From NCBI GenBank assembly GCA_016748015.1, contig JAAOMT010000181.1:100481-164480 (forward strand): DNA of 64,000 nucleotides. Direction: 5' to 3'. Positions 36,015 to 48,900 of the stretch are shown one piece after another (the first letter of the stretch is position 1; every line of letters starts with the position of its first letter). Below the pieces are notes generated by a model that was not told the origin of the DNA, did not search any database, and saw nothing but the letters and a program-made list of their open reading frames with translations. The position numbers and the translations under genes are program-made. The DNA is from Geosiphon pyriformis uo1. Its lineage: Eukaryota > Fungi > Glomeromycota.

Positions 36015-38631
36015 CAATAAGAGTTTTGGTTGTTTTATTGGCTGTAATGATTCTTGCACTGACAGTTCTGTCAACTTGGTGACCTAATTGATTCATGAGT
36101 TGTTTGATAATGATGCTGCCAGCTGATCTATTATTCAGAATCAGTTTGATATCCTGACCATTAACTTTGACATCAGTATACATCGCAGTTATTGGTTTGG
36201 TGTCCAGAGTGGCTCTACTGAACAATAGAACTAATGTGATTTTCTCAAGTTCAAATGGGAATATGGCAACAAGTGATTTGTCTTTGGTGCTGGTGGCTGA
36301 TAGAATATTGCGAATAAGTGGCTTCTGGTTGGTTTCCTGTTTGCTGGATGCAGCATCTTTTGGAATAACCAGAAAACTTAAGTAGTTCTGGAAACTCGGG
36401 TTTTGGTTATATCCAGTTCCTGAACTCCATTGGTGTGATCCTAATAGTTGATTTGATAAACTAGGGATTAGTTGATGAACCACTATCACCAATCTCCAGT
36501 TTTGGGTTACTCTAGATCTGAGGTTTCTGGATGTTATTATAGCTGGGTTTTGTGGCAGTGTTTGAATTGATTGTTGTGGTTGATATATTATGGGTGGCTG
36601 CAGTTGATATATTTGAGGTTGATATACTAGTGTTTGATAGATTGGTGGCAGCATCATTGGCAAATAAGTAGATTGATATTGATTTTGATTCAAGTAATGA
36701 TTCGGAGTTGGGAACTGGTAATTGGGATTCTGATATTGATTTCCCAATTATGAGTTACTATAAGCATGGCAATTGGCTCTAAAGTGATCTTGTTTACTAC
36801 AGTTGTGGCAAATTTGCATTTTTTGTTGTCATGGCTGATTTGTTGATGATAATGGACATGACTGATTTTGGAAACAATTTGTGTTTCCCTGATTATTACA
36901 TTGTTAAAGAGGCTAATAAATTGGGCGATTGTCAGTTAAGTATTCCTCTAATTTCTGATTAATGGAATCACTAAATTGTTTTAGTTTAAAATCTAAGTCA
37001 GATGATCCATTCATTACTAAATTCACAGCTTGGGCGTGGTTGGCTTTTAACTCAGCAGCTTCAAAATCTCTAGTATAAGTGACTGCAGTAGAAAGGTCTA
37101 CCAAATGCATTGAATGTACTTGTTGAAGAATGCTGCTGCATAAGTCTCTGATGAACTGATTTAAGATTTGTGGTGCTGTAAAGTAATCAGCTTAAATAGC
37201 TTGAATTTGGTGCAGATTTCTGTGGAAGCATCTCAAGTAAGTGGTGACTGCTTCTATGTCCCCTTGTTTTAGGGTGGTGAAAGTACTTGCCAGGTAGTTA
37301 ATGCTGTTATTATCACTAAAATATCTTAGGAATTTTGTTTTAAATGCATTAAAATTTTGGGGTTTCTGAGCCAAGCTATGATACCATAAGTTGGCAGTAT
37401 TTTTTAGAAAATATAGAATGACTTGTATTGTTCTTGTGTCATTCCAATTATTTGCAGTAATGGCTTTGGCGACATCATTGATTCATGCCTGGGTGTTGTC
37501 CTCTTCACCAGTGAACTTCTCAAGTTTTGCGATTGGTGCAAAAGCCATTGGCACAATCAGTTGCTGTTGTTGTATTGGTAGTTGAAGCTGTTGTTGCAGT
37601 TGCTAAACCAGTTACTAGATAAGTTGCTGTAGTGATGGCTGTTAAAGAGATATTTGTTGCTGTTGAATTGGTTCAATAATCAGTTCAATTGGTGGCTGAT
37701 TGATGACAATATTCAGAAATAAGTTTTGTTAATTAATTAAGTCAGGGTTTCAGTCATTCTGATTTGGCGGAGTTTTGATTTCTGGATTTTCTAGATTTTG
37801 ATCTTGCTAAGTCTGAAAATTCAGAGTCCCAATATCTGGATTTTCAGTAATTGGGTTCTGGTAAGTAAATTCTTAATCTTCAGATTCTTCTTCTTTTTTT
37901 TCTTCTTGTTCTTTTTCCAATTTGGTTAGTTCTTATGGATCAGTAATTCCAAAATCTGGTTGAAGTGGTGGTGATCAAACTTCTGATGGTGTTGGTAATC
38001 TTGATTTGAATCTCTCAAAGTATGCACTGTATAGTTCTAATAGATTTTTTTTCCTTTGTTTACTTTGGAATGGAAATCATCCAAATGTTGATGTCACATT
38101 TGATGTAGACGTGCCTGCTAATATGATATTGATAGCACTTCCAGGAGTATAATAATATGATGAATTTGTAGGTGATTTAATTTTGTGTTTCTTCCAAGTA
38201 GGTTGTTAAATCCATTGAGGTGTTACTGCCAGTGTTTGTAATTTTCTTTTGCCTTTACTTGCATAAGTGATTGGGTATCTTTGTTGTGTATGATGTTTAA
38301 TTTCTTTATTAATCTCAGTAATGATGGATGTGAAGTTATAATTTGTTGATAAGCTGGTGTTTTGGATTAATTTGTGGTAAAAAGTTTCTCTTGCTGATTT
38401 AGTGTTTATTGTTGTTCCTAACAAATAGGCAATTTTTTTGTTGATGTAGAAATTAAAAGCTGATTCTGCTGATATCTGATTGTGGTTCAATCCCAAATGT
38501 TGACAGTAGTGTTGAAATAAGGATTTCGTAAATCCTAAATGGTTTGCTCTTATACTTTCTGATTTTGCCACTGTTGATTTATTTGTTGGTGCTGGTTCTC
38601 TGTAGAATTATACCTTACAGGGAGCACCAAA
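36015..38631 (-). pseudogene. Gypsy A gag + N-terminal half of protease
   Basis: KFTGEED.TQAWI.D, LKQGD.EAVTTY, knuckle ICHNCSKQDHFRANC (~36770-36815), in frame with MYTDVKV..IKLIL(D)..SAGSII. Confidence 0.88.
38613..38629 (-). promoter_or_regulatory. Primer-binding site of Gypsy A
   Basis: TGGTGCTCCCTGTAAGG begins 2 nt after the 5' LTR. Confidence 0.75.
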
Positions 38632-39494
38632 TGTTACAGGTGTTTACTTGATTGTTAGAGTAAATAACAAACCTGTAACTTGGTGCTCAAGGCTGTTGTT
38701 GATGATGGCAATCTGAAGGTGTGTTTATCTGAAGGTTTTGGTTGAGTTCTTTGTATAATAGACAGAGATTCAGTGGTAATAGTTTTATCCATAGCTTTCT
38801 GAAACCACAGTTTCATCAATTTTTTTCTCAGTGTAATGGCTGGTGTTTTTCCTGATAAGCTAACCTCAATCAAGTGTTCTACCCTTATTTTTGGGTCTTT
38901 TACCAGTACTATATCCTGATGTCAGTATCCTGCACATTAATTCTCAATAGAGTTAGTAATAACAACAATTAAGACAAAAAAATAAAAGAAATAACATAAA
39001 AAAATAAGCCAAAGCAATGCGCAAATTAGTATCCATCAATAGCCATAATCAAAAGCTATTGTTCCAGTATGGTTAAGTATCAATTGCTATCAACATGGAG
39101 TGTTGATAGTAAAAAGTGAATTTGGATGATAAATAATTTATTTATTCAATATTTGTGAATAAAAGATTTCTAACTAAAGAATTCTTCTTTTTCTACTTCT
39201 AATACTACCACTATATATACATAATTGATGTTCTATGAGATCGCTCATTTCTGAGTGATATGCTATGATTTCTTGAGCAATGTTCATATTGCTAAGCAAT
39301 GTGCTCTAATTTTCTAATATTACTTCACATTGCTGAGCAATGTGCCATGTTTTCTGATATTGCTTTATATTGCTGAGCAATATGCCATGATTTCTGACAT
39401 TGCTCCACATTGCTAAGCAATGTGCTTATGTGCTAAATACTATTCTCTCATTGGTTTGCTATTTTCTATATCTGTTTTCTTTTTATGAGTAACA
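38632..39494 (-). repeat. Gypsy A 5' LTR (863 bp)
   Basis: Direct repeat of 19974-20796, with one extra 40-bp repeat unit. Confidence 0.95.
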
Positions 39495-39498
39495 TTGT

Positions 39499-42400
39499 GC
39501 ACTGAAATGTGCAGAATTTCTAAGAGCCAAGGAAGCAAACATCAGGTCTGCCATAGATAAAAGAATGGAGAGCTTTGAAACAAATAAGGGTCATACTATT
39601 AGAAGTGTATTGGAGCATTCATTTCACAAGATGGTGCTTAACCATCTGGTTGTCAATAATGAGCTGGTTTTAGAGCCTGATTTGGTTAAATCTAAGGTGG
39701 ATACAATTATGGAGAGTTGGACTCGGAAACATCAAACAGTTCCTAATGTTTCTAGTAAGTGGTGTTATTAATATTAGCCTTTGGAATATGTTTTTGATGG
39801 AGCTTTTTCTGGTGTGATGTGTTCAATTGGATTTGATAAATTTTTTGGAGTGGTATCTAATTTGCCTAATGGCAAAACTGCTGGTCTCTCTGGTATCTCA
39901 AATAAACTTTAAAAGCATTGTGATAAATCTGTTCTGGATATGCTCTTGGTACTTTTGAATTCATGTTTGGTTAGTAGATTTGTGCCCAGTTCTTGAAAAG
40001 AAGCTTGGGTTTCAATGATTCCCAAACCTTATGAGTGGGAGAGCATTCTGACAAATACTTACTCCATTGCTTTGATTGAGACAGCTCGCAAGATTTTTTT
40101 CAAGATTCTCTCTGATAGGATCTTCTCAGCTTGTAGTACTTTTGATGTTCTTCATGGTGATAATTTTTCAGTCTTAAAGGGCATGACAACTTAATCTCCA
40201 ATTTTTGTGATTGGGTCAGTTATTGAAAATGCTTTGAAGAAAAATTGAGAGCTCTGGCTAGTTCTGCAGGACATGCAAAAGGCATATAATTTGGTGGACT
40301 GGAAACATCTTGAGAAAAGTTTAGTCAGGATTAAGATGTGTAACAGATTCATTCGATTTTTTGGTAGTATTCATAAAAATCATACCAACTGAGTTATAAC
40401 AGATTTTGGTTTGACAGATGATTATCATGTACATGATAGACTGGATCAAGGAGAGGTTTTCTCTCCCCTTTTGTGGCATATATTTTATGGCCCTCTGTTG
40501 TGTGAAGTCAAATATCAGGAGAGTGTGTGTGAGTACAAAATCAATTCTCACTTTATTTCCAAAAGTGGTCATGCTGAATCTTGGACTGGATTTTTTTCTT
40601 TTCTTGCTGCTGATGCCTTTGTTGATAATACAATTTGGGTTGGCAGCAGTCAGAATGCTACCCAACACATTTTTGATGTTGTTAGTAAATTTTTCCAGAT
40701 TAATGACATTTCAATCAATAATGACAAAACTGTGGCCATTCCCATCAATAGTAAAATCAGCCACTCTTCTCTTTTTATCAGTGGTTCACCCATTTCTGTA
40801 GCCTGTAAAGGAAAATCTCATTGATATCTTGGTATTTTTCTGTCGACTGAGGGTCTTTCTAAGCTTAGTTTGACTAAAACACATTCAAACATTCATTTTT
40901 TCACTAATTTGGTCTTGAAAAAGGCTGTTTCAGATAAGCAGTTCTTGTATCTGGTTTTGGTGGTTCTCTATCCTATAGTTGGCTATAAAACACAGTTTAG
41001 TTTTGTTCCTATTAGTGTTTGTAACAAGTGAGATGTTTTAATTCACAGGGGCTTAAAGCTGAAATTTGGTCTCCTGCTTGATTTTCCTGGTGATACAATT
41101 CACTATTCTTTCTTTTATGATTTGAAGTCCTTTTCACAATGTCAATCTGAGAGTAAGATTGCTTTACTTATCAGCTTTGCAAACTTTGGTGGGATTTTGG
41201 GTCATTTGTTCAGCCATAGGTCTTATGACTTGCAAGTTCTATATTGGTGTCTCCTCTATCTATTGAGTTCTCTTGCTCATATTTGTGTCAGTGCTTCCAA
41301 TAATTTTCTGTCAGGTATGGTTCGCATTCTTCGTGAATGCAATTTGTCTTTGGGTGGCTCTTTGGCCAGCTCTTTTTGACTTCATGATGGAGTGCCTATG
41401 TCTACTATTCTGGGCAAGTCTTTGTTTTTCAAGTTTTTGTCTTCTCTCTGGCATTATGGCATTGTCTTTGTGGATCAGCTTTATGATTGTCATGGTAATG
41501 TTTTTAACTAGTACATCTTTAAGTGGTGGAAGAAACTGGATTCTTGTAAGCTGGTTCCTGATTGGTTTAAACTTTCTGTTGTATTTCTCATTGGTCTGCC
41601 TTTCTCTCCTCCAGCTTTGAATAGTGTTGGCCTTCTGAACATTTGTGGGTCCAGTAATTTTGTGTCTGTCTGCAATTGTCTTTTTCAGATTGGCTCTAAT
41701 AGTCTGTCTGTTTATACAGATAGTTCTCTCAAGAATTTGGGCACAATTGGTTGTCGGGCTGGTGCTGCTGCCTTTTTTGAGAACATTAATTTAGGTTTGA
41801 GTGTTAGTGTTCACAGTTTGGTATTGTCTACTTTGGCAGAGTTATAGGCTATCACCTTGGCGCTGGAGTGTATACCTATGTCTCACTCTGTTTGCTTGTT
41901 TTCTGATAGCCAAGCTGCTTTGGATGCTTGTAAATTGGAGCTAAATCTGATGTGTTCTGACTTTCGCAATTGGTGTTGGGTCAAGTGTTGGCATATCAAT
42001 AATATTATTCACAGCAAGAACTTAGAAGTCACCTGGTGCAAGGTCAAGAGCCACTTTGGCATTTTGGAAAATAACTGTGCCAACAGTCTTGCTGACACTG
42101 CTTTTCTCTTTGAGTGGTTTCTTTCTTTTTGTATTGGTAAATATTTTTTGGTGGCTGATGGTGGTACAGTTTCTGGTAATTCTAGGCACTTTGTTTGGGA
42201 TGTGTTTTGTGCTGTTTATCATGCACATTGGGAGGTTGGTTTTGGTTCTGGTTTTCTGGCAGGTGGTTTGCTTTCAGATGTCAATTGGCTCAGCTCTTCC
42301 CAGGTATGGCACTCTAATTTGCATATGACTGCAGGTTTTACCAACAGACACACTGCTGATACTTGTACCTACTTTATAAAGGCTTTGCATTATCAGCTTC

Positions 42401-42993
42401 CCTTAGTTGTTCAAAAACATCTCTATGACAAGTATTACTCCAGTGTTCTATGCTTGTATTGTGGGGAGGTGAAGATGTCTGATCATGTGTTTTCTTGCAT
42501 GATTGATATTTCTGCTTGTCACAAGATTTTAGAGTCCTGTGCATCTTCTTGGAGGGAACTTTCTGGTCATTCTTTTTCTATTTTGAGGGTTTTGCAGCTG
42601 TTGTCGACCTGTGCTTTGGATTTTTCGGTGTCCTTAGCTCTTTTCAAGAGTTTTGTTTTCAATAGGTGGTTTTTGGAGGCTGTTTCTGTCTTTTATGATC
42701 CCAAAGTTGCTAAGATTAAAGTTGCTGAATTTGTGTACTCTCTTTACCTTGCTTTCAGAGATGACATTTGGGTGGTTTATGCTAAACATTGCATCTTTAT
42801 GGAAAAACATGGGCTGATCTCAACAGATGGTTTAGCTCCTATCTTGGTTTTTGGCTCAGCTTTAAAGTTTTTGGCTGGTGTGATTAAATTGCTTGGGATT
42901 TCTGAGGCTTTTGGTATCTATTTTGGCTTTTGTAAACTTTGTTTGTTTTTTTCAGGTGTTGGTACTTTGGTTTCAGTTAATATAACTGCATAG
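39499..42993 (+). pseudogene. LINE copy 2 ORF2 C-terminal part: RT, RNase H, CCHC finger
   Basis: LQDMQKAY, LDQGEVFSPLLW, AFVD(D)T, YLGIFL, VYTD.SL, AEL.AI.LALE, FSDSQAAL, W.KVK.H.G..N..A, CLYCGEV..SDHVFSC. Confidence 0.92.
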
Positions 42994-44909
42994 TGTTGTT
43001 CTGACTGATACTAGTGGCTGGTTATGTATAATAAATACATAATTCACACTTAATTTAGATCATTTTTTTGATGTATAGTTCTAAGTGGTATTTGGATTTC
43101 ACTCATTAAATGTTAATAATAATAAAAATTGTTGAAATTAATTTTGTTATTATTTGGTTAAAAATAATTTTGTGGTGTAAATTAGTTAAGTTGAATTAAA
43201 TTCTTTGTTGCTAGTTAATAATTTTAAACTGAAAGTTAATAATATAATTGTTATAATAGAACAAACTAAAAATAATTAGTCTGAAATTTTGGTAAATAGT
43301 AGGTAACTGATAGTAAATTATATAATTACTGTTGTAATAAAGAATAATTTTAATTATTTTGTCTTTGTTGGTTTTTTTGTATTTTTGGCAATTATGTTTC
43401 TAATGTTTAAGAATTTTACAATAATAGTAGTTTGTTTGTTAAGTTTGGTTATTGTTAAATAATAATAATTTTTTTTGGTTTTATCATTAAAATAATTAGT
43501 ACTTTTGTTGTTGGTTAACAAAATATGGTTTAATTTTTTTTATAAGCTAATTGATTTTTTTTTAGCTGTTAAGCTGGTTTTCTAATTGTTAAATTAATAA
43601 GTTTAATTAGTTTGTTATTTTTATTGTTATTTTATAGTTTTTAATATATTAAATAGTAGTAGTTAAATTTGCTAAAGCATTTAAGCAAATGTTTTTAATT
43701 AATTTGTTTTTTAAATCAGTAATAAATTAATTTAAAATTTATGTATTAGAATATTAAGCATTTGTTTCTAACAAATAAATTCTTTTAAGAAGTTTGTTAA
43801 ACTTTTTAATATAAATTATAATAGATTTAGATTGTTTTTATTTAATGTTTTAAAAATAGTTTTAGAGAGTAATTCAAATATTATTATTTGTAAACTATTT
43901 AAAAAAAGCAGTTTTAAAGACTGACCAATTTACAAAAAGAGTAGTCAAGTTTTTGAATTATTTATCTGTAATTTTTTTAAGAAAATAAGAAATTACTCTT
44001 AATATTCTTATTTTATTCTATTTATTTATATTTTCTGCTTTAGTAATTTGGTTAAGCCATTCTTGGAAATTGGTTTTGGTATTTTTTTCAGAAAACTCAA
44101 AAATTTTTGCAATATAAATAATTATTTTTTTGTTTTTTATTATTATTTGTGGTTTTGTTTTTTTCTTTATTATCTGTGATTTTGTTTTTTTTTGTTTTTT
44201 TTTTTCTTTAATTTGTTCAAAAATGTTTTTTTCTTAAGCTAGTGTTTTAGAATATTTATTTTGGTTTTTTGTTAAATAATTAAAAAAATTATTACTAGTA
44301 TAAATTAGTTTTGGCTGTTAAATTAGACTTTTAGTAAAGTTTTTAGGTCTTAAAAATTAATTAAGTAGTGAATTTAATATTTGTATTTAAACAAATAAAG
44401 CTAAAAAAAGTGTAATTAAAAGTAGTAGTTTAATATTAGTTCTTTATTAAAGTATTTACAAGTATTTAAAAGTTGTCTTTAGTGTATTAAATATTGTGTA
44501 AACTGGTTGAATGCTTTTTTGTTTGTTTTTATTGCTGGTTTTAAATTTAGACTTAAGTTCAAAAATAAATTGTAAATTAACAGAATATTTTTTTGGCAAA
44601 ATTTGATAATGTTATAATTAAGTTTTTCAAAATAAGTAATATAAGTATTAGCATTAATAACTTCTAGGTTTTTATTTAAGTAATAGATAAGATTTTTAAG
44701 AAAATTTTACTTGATTTTTGTAATATTGTAGTTTTTAAAAAAATAATTGTTGATTTGATTTTCAATATATTAGAAAAGTGTTTTTTTGAAAACTGTAATT
44801 TTATCTCGAATTCTAAATTATTGTTTACAATAAGTGTAAATTGATTACTAGTACTTTAAAGTTGTTATGTCAGATGTGATTACTATGTTATTTTTAAAAA
44901 AACACCAAA

Positions 44910-45670
44910 TGTTATTAGAGATTTTTCTACTTTTTTTTGAATATTATTAATACTATTTTGTTGTTAATTCTGCTATTAATAGAAGTTAGTAAACTTCTAA
45001 TAAGCTAATTCTTTTTTTAAAGTATTTTTCTATATTTTAAGCTATGTATTCTGTTGAATTTATAATAAAATAATCAATTTTATGTTAATTATTTATATTG
45101 TTATTTTGCAGTAAAAGTTGATTTTTTTACAGAAAAATTTTGGTTGTAAATTTTTTAAAATATGTAGTTACTTTGCTATAAAAGTCAACTTTTTTACAAA
45201 AAATTTCGACTATAAACTACTTAATAATATAAAATAAAAATAAAAATAAAAAAATAAAAATAAATTAAAAAAAAAAATAAATAATTTTAAAACAAAAATA
45301 TTTAAGAATTTTATGTTTTTTTCAAAGTAAATTTTATTGAAATTAATTTGTAGAAAAAAATACTAAAAAAAATAGCAGTTTTAATTTAAATATATTTTTT
45401 TAAAGAGAAAAACTCTTTTTTTATACAACTTATTATAATATTATTCTATGATTTAACTTTTTTTTTTTCTAATATTTTGGTAAACTAAAGATATATTTTT
45501 TTAAACTATAAATTATTTTTACAAACTATAAATTATTTTATCAAATTATTAAATATTTTGGCAAATTCTAAATATTACATAGTTTGATATATTATATAAT
45601 TTGGTTATATTTATTTTTTATATAAAGATAATTTTATGTTAAATAATATTTCAAATTTTACCTAATAATA
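44910..45670 (-). repeat. Decayed 5' LTR of Gypsy D1
   Basis: Preceded by CACCAAA (PBS complement), begins TGTTA, homologous to 9008-9826. Confidence 0.78.
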
Positions 45671-45987
45671 ATATTAAGTTGTTTTGGGTAAATTTTGCTT
45701 TTAAAACTTATTTAATTACTATTATCTAAGTTTTTATTAGTGTTTTTTTTTAATCATACTTAAAGTTGTAAAATTTTCTATGGTGGCTTCTGGTTCTTTG
45801 TTTTTTACTTTTGTTATACTTTATAATATTTCTTTTGTTATATTTTTTAAAAATTTTTTTTTTTTACTAATTTAACGAGTGAGGTCCAAACATTGCCTAG
45901 TACAATACATCATACAAGTGATCTAAACTAGGTGTGAATCATGTATTTTCTACACATGACCAGCCATTCAGGCTAGTCAGAACAACA

Positions 45988-48900
45988 CTAGGCATTTATA
46001 TGTACCGAAACCATATCATCTAAACCAGAAAAGAATAAACAAGATTTATGAAACCCAAAATGAACACCAAATGCATCTGCAATACCTAACAACCTAACCA
46101 TGCCGGTCAAAACTACCAAAGAAAGACCAGAAACAGAAACAGGAACAGAACCATTATGTAGAATCATGCCACTTTTCTCTATAACTGCCCAGTGCTTAGC
46201 ACATACTAGCCAAACATCATCATGAAACACATGACAAAATTTATGCATAAAGACCACAATATTTCAAGCTGCAATCTTAGAGTCTCTAAAAACAGCAACA
46301 GATTTACAATACCACTTCTTGAAAATAAAGCCCTTACACAGAGTCATACCAACACTAACATCAGAGAAGCAAGTAGAAAGCAACTATGAAATACATGAAG
46401 AAGAGCGAGATAAGCCTGAGCATGCCTCTCAAGCAGATGCATGAACCTTCACCAACCGAGCATGACCAGCAGCATCAAATGGACAAGAAAACATATGGTC
46501 CAAAACCTTAACATGACCACAAAATAGACATATTACACTGGGGTAACTCCTATTATAAAGATGTTTATACACAACAACCAGATGATGATGATGCAATGCC
46601 TTCATAAAATATGTCCACAAGCTATCAATCCAAGCACTAGTAAAACCAGCAGCCAAATGAAAATCCAGATGCCACACCAAAGAAAATTTAGGCTAATCAA
46701 CATCAGCACACAGGCTATCTGCCAAGACTTAAGACCCAGAACCAACCTTCCAGCATGCACAGTGAACAGATTAGAAAATGTCACAAACAAAATGCTTAGA
46801 ATTGCTAGACACTACAGTACCACTAGCCTTGAGAAAATGTTCATTAATCATGTGAGAAAGATGTATATTAGAGAATACAGCAGTTTCAGTGAGAACATTG
46901 GCATGCTTATTTCCCAAGACACCAGAATGATCTTTAACTTTAACCCAATTAACATTCAAATTTTTGTGTTGGATAACATCAGCAATATGGTAATGCTCGA
47001 TCCAATACCGATTCCTGAAATCCAGATGAGTCAACAAGGATTCTGACTTGCACGCATTCAAAACAGCCTGGCTGTCCAAAAACAAGTCAACCGAACAAAA
47101 AGGAAGAACACACTCGAGAGCCAAAGCAATGGTCTACAATTCCGCTATTGTAGAAGAAACTAATTTGGAAACTCCTACACCCAAACTCAAATTAATGTCC
47201 TCAAAAAAAACAGCAGCACCAGCTTTCATACCAAGAGTGCCCAGTCTACTTAGAGAACCATCTGTAAACAAAAAAAGATGACCAGAATCAACTCTCAACA
47301 GACAATTGCACACAACTTCAAATTCATAAAACTCAAGAATATTAGACAAACCATTACATGGCAACAGAGAATTGCAAACAGAAGACAGCCCAGAGTCATT
47401 CAGATAGTGAACAGAAACGTCAAACCAATAAGAAACTGGGCCCCGAAAGTTCAATCTTTTCCACTGCTTGAAAGTCCTCCAATCAAAGACAAAACCAGTA
47501 TAACTGCAAAGCTGTTCAACAAAAGCAATCTCATAATGCCGAAGCAAAGAAACACAATTATAAAAGATGGGCTTATCAAGAACAACAGACATAGGGGTTC
47601 CACTTGGGAAATGAAAAGCATTGGTCATGAGACCACTCAGAGAAAGGTCACATTCCAAAAAAATCCGAACAATGCCAGCCAAAAAGTTATTCAAAGAATT
47701 GATATTAACACAAGAAGGGAAAAGCAGAGGGTGACAAGAGTGCCAGCTAAGGACCTGCAAATTATGTGATCTATGTGCAAACAAATGGCCCAAGATACCA
47801 ACAAAATTGGCAAAACCAACAACAGAAGCTGACTTGCTTTCAGCTTGGATCTGTTCAAAAGACTTCAAACCATACAGAGAAGAGTAGTAAATAGCATCAT
47901 TGGGAAAGTTATGTGGCAAACCAGATTTGGATTTCAAGTCTTTGCAAATTATAGTGTTTTATTTTGCACACACATTAATAGAAACAAAACTGAACTAAGT
48001 CTTGTATGCAATAATAGAGTGAAGAACTGCCAACACCAAATACAAGAACTGTTTGTTAAAGACAGCCTTCCTCAGCATGAAATTGGTGAAAAACTGAACA
48101 TCCAGATGGGTCTTAGCCAAGCTAGACTTTAACAAACCTTCAGTAAACAGAAAAATGCCCAAGTACCAATGAGACTCCTCTTTTTTGGCTATTGAAATAG
48201 GCAAACCACTTATTAGCAAACAAGGCTTAGAGACTCTGCAATTAATGAGAATGGCTACCATTTTGTCATTATTAATTGAAATGTTATTGATTCAAAAAAA
48301 TTCACTAGCGACATTGAGAATATGTTGCATAGCAGCCTGGCTGCTACTAACCCAAATAGTGTCATCAACAAAAGCACCTGCAGTAAGAAAAGAAGTCAAA
48401 CCATTCTGAGATTCAAAGCAACCAGTTTTGGTTACAAAGTAAGAGTTTAATCTATATCCACACACACTTCCTTGTATCTTGACTTTACACAAAAGAAGAT
48501 TGTAAAATATGCACCAAAAAAGAGAAGAAAACATCTCCTCTTGGTCCAAACCATTATGTACCTGATATCCATTGGTCAACCCAAAATTCATCATAACTTT
48601 GTTGACTCGACTATTATAAATGCCACCAAAAAACCAGATGAACTTGTCACACATCTTTATTCTGACTAAACTCTCCCTAAGATGTTTCCAGCTAACAAAA
48701 TCATAAGCTTTCTGCATATTCTGCAATACCAGCCACAGCTTACAGTTTTTTTCCAAAGCATCCTCAATAACTGATCCAATAACAAAAATAGGGGATTGTG
48801 TGATTGTACTTTTTAAAACAGAAAAATTGTTCTCTCTGAGAACATCAAACTTACTGCATGCAAAAGAAATCCTGTTCGAAAGAATCTTAGAAAGGATTTT

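Larger units (their letters stand above)
19974..39494 (-). mobile_element. Ty3/Gypsy LTR retrotransposon A, full length (~10.1 kb without nested B), disrupted ORFs
   Basis: Paired LTRs 19974-20796 and 38632-39494 (TGTTAC...GTAACA), PBS, PPT, TSD TTGT/TTGT, domain order gag-PR-dUTPase-RT-RH-IN. Confidence 0.95.
15871..43126 (+). mobile_element. LINE family A copy 2, full length (~6.75 kb: 15871-18992 + 39499-43126), interrupted by LTR elements
   Basis: ORF2 reads KSY|(R)ALKCAEFLRAKEANIRSAIDKRMESF across the 20.5 kb insertion. 3' UTR and (TAA)n tail at 42994-43126. Degenerate TSD candidate AATTGTTGGAAGACT (15856-15870) / AATTGTTGAAATT (43127-43139). Confidence 0.92.
9008..45670 (-). mobile_element. 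Old, strongly AT-decayed Ty3/Gypsy element D1 (9008-15870 + ~43127-45670), split by LINE copy 2
   Basis: Colinear with Gypsy B: ORF3 (~9830-10480), IN (~10660-12022), RH-RT (~12069-13290; fragment MVFFGYIVNK..NLK), dUTPase (~13850-14260), Cys region, PR (~15300-15600), gag (15700-15870, 43127-44909), LTRs 9008-9826 and 44910-45670. Confidence 0.8.

Noticed and set aside
38613-38629. Specific tRNA assignment for the PBS
   Set aside because: TGGTGCTC fits several tRNAs ending GAGCACCA, and decay blurs it; the host tRNA set is needed.
38655-38873. 72-aa ORF inside LTR A as a separate gene
   Set aside because: It is an alternative frame of the LTR segment that is in frame with gag, it has a TTG start, and there is no independent support.
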